Source of the DNA: a virus
Lineage: Duplodnaviria > Heunggongvirae > Uroviricota > Caudoviricetes
IMG/VR virus record: IMGVR_UViG_3300025913_000018
Direction: 5' to 3' (one strand)
DNA: 64,000 bases
Part shown: piece by piece, positions 60,581 through 64,000 of the stretch
Layout: each line of letters begins with the position of its first letter
Numbering within the stretch: position 1 is the first letter of the stretch
Position numbers and translations under genes: made by a program
The notes under the pieces: model-generated
What the model saw: only the letters and a program-made list of their open reading frames with translations
Databases searched by the model: none
What the model was told of the DNA's origin: nothing

Positions 60581-63027
60581 GTCGGAGAGAGGGTCTGGAG
60601 TCGAGGGATCAATCCCAGAGACGAGTACGCGATCCCCGTGAGCGGATCGAGATCCGAGCCACAGATGATCCCTCCGTCAGGAGTCCCAGGGGAGACGAGC
60701 TTTACGCCGAGCGTGCCCGCGACCGTAGCCGAACCGGTCAACGCTCGAACGGTGACGTTCTGCTGAGCGCTGACCGAGAAGGAGCCCGAGGAGATCGTCG
60801 TGGACGAGTCGCCAACCGGAAGAGTGGCGTCCAACCCCGAGGACGAGTCGAGGGTCAGCGTGTTCCCCAGGGCCTTCGCCCTCCACTTTCCGAGACGGGT
60901 CTCGAAGAGGAAGTCTCCCACCGTGAGGGTCGTCGTGTGGGAGCCTTGGAGCGTGAACTCCTCGACCCGATCGCCATACGTCATGACGTAGTGGTCGGTC
61001 TCGCCTCCCGAGTTGCCGGTAGCCGGGGTCGAGTTGATCTGGAACTCGTGGCTGGGACCGTTCGAGGGATTCGAATCGGCGGGTCCAGAGACCTGGACGC
61101 TCATCGAACCCGAGGCGGAGATCGCCAACTGCTGAGCCGAGAGGCTCGCTCTCTGACCCGAGGCGATCGCGACCGAGCTTTGGGCTCGGAGATCGATCGT
61201 CGTCGCGTTCGTGATCATCATCCGCGGGGAGTTGAGGGAGACCGAACCCTCGCTGCGGATTGTGACGTTGCTCGTACCGTGGATGAGAACCGAGGGAGCG
61301 AGAGCCCCGCTCGTACTAGCCGGGTCCGCGTCGGCCGCCGCCGAAGCTCCGGCGATCGTCCCGCCTCCGAAGATCGAGACGCCTCCGCCGGAAGACCCGA
61401 GAGAGACACCGACATTCCCCGGTCCAGGGGCCCCGTCGACCGAGAAGCCCTCTCCGGCGGTGATTCCGATCCCGCCCCCCGTCTCCATCCGGAGAGCGCC
61501 CTGGAGAGCTACCTCCCCTGACACGCCCGGGCCGGCGACGTACGCCTTTAGGCGGGCGTCCTTCGTCCATGATACGAACGACGCCGGACCGGGCCCGAAG
61601 GCCGGGGTGACCCGTAGGAGCGTCGCGGCGTGGTCTCGGAGACGGCTCCCGACTCCCGAGACGAGTCCGGGAGAGATTCCGCTCGTACCGAACACGACCG
61701 GTTTCAGCGGGAGCCCATAGAGCCCCGTCCCGTTCAAGGAGAAAGGGTCGTTTCCTACGACGCTCCCGAGGACCCATTCGATGAAGGGGGAGGCCGCGGA
61801 GCCCCCGAGCGGGTTCCCGTCGGTGGGGTTCTGGGTGGGGAGCCGTTCGGCGTCGAACCCGTCGGTCTGTTCAGTGACCGGAAGGAGCCCGCGAGACGAG
61901 TGGGTGACCTCGATGCGGTACTCGGAGAGGGCCTCCGGAGCCGGATCGTCGGCCGTAAGAGAGGCGAAGGCGTTCGCTACGCCGGTCGTCGGGAGATCGC
62001 CTCCCGGCACGACTCCGACGCGGTAGAGGGCCTTCCCTCCGTAGACGACGTCCGGGGTCGACCGAGGGTCGAGGCGGAACCCGGATTGGTCGACGAAGGA
62101 GCCCCACTGAAGGAAGTCGAAGGGGTCGAGACGTTCGTCGATCGCTTCGCCCGTCGCGGTCTCGAAGGCGGACTCAGCGAGAGAAGTCGGAGACCGAGAG
62201 AAGATCTGACCCGGAGTCAGGAAGCCCGTCGGAAACGGACTCGCCCCGAGGTCCTCTGCGGCGACCGGATTCGACTCGGCGTCGATCTGAGGTGAAGGAG
62301 AATCCCAGTAGGTCCCGTCCGAGAAGAGCGTGCTGGGGAGGAGGCGAGCCTCTCGTTGAACCGGACCCGAGTAGACGCGCGTCCCAGACTGAGCGTGGAA
62401 CTCGACGACGCTTCGAACAACGAACGCCGTGTCCGCATCCCGAAGCCGAAGCTCTGCTCCTCGACGATTCGTGAGAAGGACCTCCTCGTTCAGAACGAGG
62501 TCCGATCCTCCGGACGAGGACGCGAGGATGTCTCCGGGCCCCGAGTGACGGAGCTTGAAGCGAACGCGCTCAGCGAGACCCGTAGCGACCGAGCGCTCTT
62601 TCGGGGTGTCGAGTCCTTCGCCCGGGCCGAAGCGCGAGAACGGCAACCACTCTTGGCCCATCCACGGGCTCGGGGGGACCCATCCGATGATGATCGGGGT
62701 GCGAGTGCTGGCGGTACCTGAAGACTCGCGTGCCGCCCAACCCACGAGGCAAAGGTCCCCTCGCTCAGGGATCGCTCCGAAGAAGTGACGTCGTCCTCCG
62801 CCGGGGAGGGTGAGATCCACACCCGTGTACTCGTAGATGTCGCTTTCGCCGGTGAGGGCGACGAGCGTACATTTCATCTCCTCGTACTGGATCTCCTTCA
62901 CCCGGCAGACGGAGAAGGCCAGCTGAGCCCAGTTCAACGACGGATTCTGAGCCGCTACCTCGCCTTGACGAAGTCCCGCTCGAAGCTCGCCGGGGGAGAT
63001 ATGGGTTCGGAGGTTCTCGCCTGCCAT
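60577..63027 (-). CDS. gp5/VgrG-like baseplate hub or spike protein (816 aa)
   Basis: N-terminal OB-fold-like IPERGDLCLVGW. C-terminal short-period beta-strand repeats (SLNS..ITNA..IDLRA..VAIAS; GSHTTTLTVGDF). Confidence 0.6.
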   Translation of the reverse strand: MAGENLRTHISPGELRAGLRQGEVAAQNPSLNWAQLAFSVCRVKEIQYEEMKCTLVALTGESDIYEYTGVDLTLPGGGRRHFFGAIPERGDLCLVGWAARESSGTASTRTPIIIGWVPPSPWMGQEWLPFSRFGPGEGLDTPKERSVATGLAERVRFKLRHSGPGDILASSSGGSDLVLNEEVLLTNRRGAELRLRDADTAFVVRSVVEFHAQSGTRVYSGPVQREARLLPSTLFSDGTYWDSPSPQIDAESNPVAAEDLGASPFPTGFLTPGQIFSRSPTSLAESAFETATGEAIDERLDPFDFLQWGSFVDQSGFRLDPRSTPDVVYGGKALYRVGVVPGGDLPTTGVANAFASLTADDPAPEALSEYRIEVTHSSRGLLPVTEQTDGFDAERLPTQNPTDGNPLGGSAASPFIEWVLGSVVGNDPFSLNGTGLYGLPLKPVVFGTSGISPGLVSGVGSRLRDHAATLLRVTPAFGPGPASFVSWTKDARLKAYVAGPGVSGEVALQGALRMETGGGIGITAGEGFSVDGAPGPGNVGVSLGSSGGGVSIFGGGTIAGASAAADADPASTSGALAPSVLIHGTSNVTIRSEGSVSLNSPRMMITNATTIDLRAQSSVAIASGQRASLSAQQLAISASGSMSVQVSGPADSNPSNGPSHEFQINSTPATGNSGGETDHYVMTYGDRVEEFTLQGSHTTTLTVGDFLFETRLGKWRAKALGNTLTLDSSSGLDATLPVGDSSTTISSGSFSVSAQQNVTVRALTGSATVAGTLGVKLVSPGTPDGGIICGSDLDPLTGIAYSSLGLIPRLQTLSPT

Positions 63028-63029
63028 GA

Positions 63030-63050
63030 GGTCTCGCCTTCAGCGAGACC
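63030..63050 (-). promoter_or_regulatory. Perfect 8-bp hairpin 2 nt upstream of the hub-gene ATG
   Basis: ggtctcgc-cttca-gcgagacc. Confidence 0.6.
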
Positions 63051-63059
63051 ATACGAAGA

Positions 63060-63440
63060 CTAGGGCTCGTCCTCGTCCGAGGCGTCCTCGTCCGGCTCCA
63101 CCTCGCCCGTCAGTTCCAAGATCACCGCATCTCGAAGCTCGCGAACGGAGGCTGTCGGGGAAACGGGCTTCTTCAGCGAGGCGTTGATGATTCGAAGCGC
63201 TGCTGCAGCGTGGTTCCTCACGGGAAGCGTCTGGCTAGTCTCCATCGACTTCCAAGAGGCGAACCACATGAACACCGCCACCATCACAAACATGACACGA
63301 TGGTAAAGCACCACCGAGTCGTCGGAAGCGACGGCCATCCACACAAACATGAAGGGGAGTCCTGTAGTGAACCCCGACAGGTAGGCGAGCCTCTCCCGGA
63401 GGTTCCACTTGGTCTCTTGGGGCTCTTCAAACAGGTCCAT
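63060..63440 (-). CDS. Two-TM membrane protein (126 aa)
   Basis: Two hydrophobic stretches; SD GGAGG. Confidence 0.6.
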   Translation of the reverse strand: MDLFEEPQETKWNLRERLAYLSGFTTGLPFMFVWMAVASDDSVVLYHRVMFVMVAVFMWFASWKSMETSQTLPVRNHAAAALRIINASLKKPVSPTASVRELRDAVILELTGEVEPDEDASDEDEP

Positions 63441-63457
63441 CGTTCCCTCCGACCAAC

Positions 63458-63631
63458 TCAACCGCTTGTCTGTTCGTTGATGATGATCTGGCGAGAGAGC
63501 CGACGTCGAGCGCGTCTCAAGCCCTTCTTGAGACCCCATGAGGGAGGATGGCATGAGCATGAGTATCGGTTCTGGCTACCTTTCGGGTTGCCACCAATCT
63601 CAGCTCGCTTGACCGACTTCTTCGCGCCCAT
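63458..63631 (-). CDS. Small basic protein (57 aa; absent from the ORF track)
   Basis: MGAKKSVKR...KKGLRRARRRLSRQII. Confidence 0.45.
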   Translation of the reverse strand: MGAKKSVKRAEIGGNPKGSQNRYSCSCHPPSWGLKKGLRRARRRLSRQIIINEQTSG

Positions 63632-63636
63632 GGCTG

Positions 63637-64000
63637 CTAGGGGACTGTACGCTTCCAGCCGAGACCCTTCGCGAACGAGACGCAGGCGACGCGGAACAGC
63701 TCCGGGTCGTCCTGGCGAACGTCCTTCGGATAGTTCTCGTCGAGCCAGAGCTGAGCGTCCTTCGATTCATTCTGACTTGGGACGATGAAGGAGACTTTCG
63801 AGGTGAACTCGCCTTCCGGCTTCGCCCCGAGGCCGCGGATCCGTTCCATGCACAGCATGGCGGGGTTGCCTCGATCCGGACCGAGTGTCTCCCCGAGTTC
63901 CTTGCACACCTTCGCGCAGCGTTCCCGTTCGAGACCCTTGATCTCGGAGAGGCTCGCTCGAAGCTCGCGGATCTCGGCGATCAACCGAGGCACCTCCGCT
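63637..64000 (-). CDS. Hypothetical protein (5' end probably outside window)
   Basis: ERERCAKVC motif; frame runs towards the window edge. Confidence 0.55.
   Translation of the reverse strand, partial: AEVPRLIAEIRELRASLSEIKGLERERCAKVCKELGETLGPDRGNPAMLCMERIRGLGAKPEGEFTSKVSFIVPSQNESKDAQLWLDENYPKDVRQDDPELFRVACVSFAKGLGWKRTVP

Noticed and set aside
63060-63440. Two-TM protein as a holin
   Set aside because: No adjacent endolysin or spanin; TM helices alone are not diagnostic.
1-64000. Genome-wide TAG reassignment (alternative genetic code)
   Set aside because: Many genes end at TAG followed by normal intergenic signals, and long ORFs are intact under code 11. Only one local amber case was seen (48192).
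1-64000. tRNA genes, CRISPR array, DGR or retron
   Set aside because: No cloverleaf or T-loop signature in the intergenic gaps inspected, no regularly spaced repeats, and no reverse transcriptase or Cas motifs. A tRNAscan/Infernal run is needed to exclude divergent RNAs.

Overview
A 64-kb segment of a large, GC-rich (roughly 63%) tailed bacteriophage, most likely a jumbo myovirus-like phage. This is inferred from about 100 tightly packed, mostly minus-strand, translationally coupled ORFs, the absence of host housekeeping genes, and scattered very large virion-type genes (3635 aa, 863 aa and an 816-aa gp5/VgrG-like hub). Family calls come from recognising motifs by eye; no database search was run. 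Recognisable enzymes: a TET/JBP 2OG-Fe(II) dioxygenase fused to a P-loop kinase, RtcB, a TrmH/SpoU methyltransferase, an N6/N4 DNA methyltransferase with an atypical DYAY motif, a DEDDh exonuclease, two HADs (one frameshifted), HD proteins, two receiver domains, an ADP-ribosyltransferase-like protein, a metzincin lipoprotein, a second 2OG oxygenase and HNH remnants. The most notable observations: (1) the JBP-like hydroxylase-kinase fusion, a candidate one-protein DNA hypermodification route; (2) three dispersed plus-strand fibre genes sharing a 25-aa N-terminal module; (3) a 26-aa IRLAH-KPELR-LLPLLK peptide shared by two unrelated proteins, possibly a head-packaging tag; (4) two phage-wide cis-regulatory motifs, GTGTAR-N16-CGTTA (6 copies) and a start-proximal GCGTAA(G/C) (about 17 copies), one pair of which lies in a 28-bp direct repeat flanking a gene cassette. 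No tRNA, rRNA or CRISPR array could be supported.
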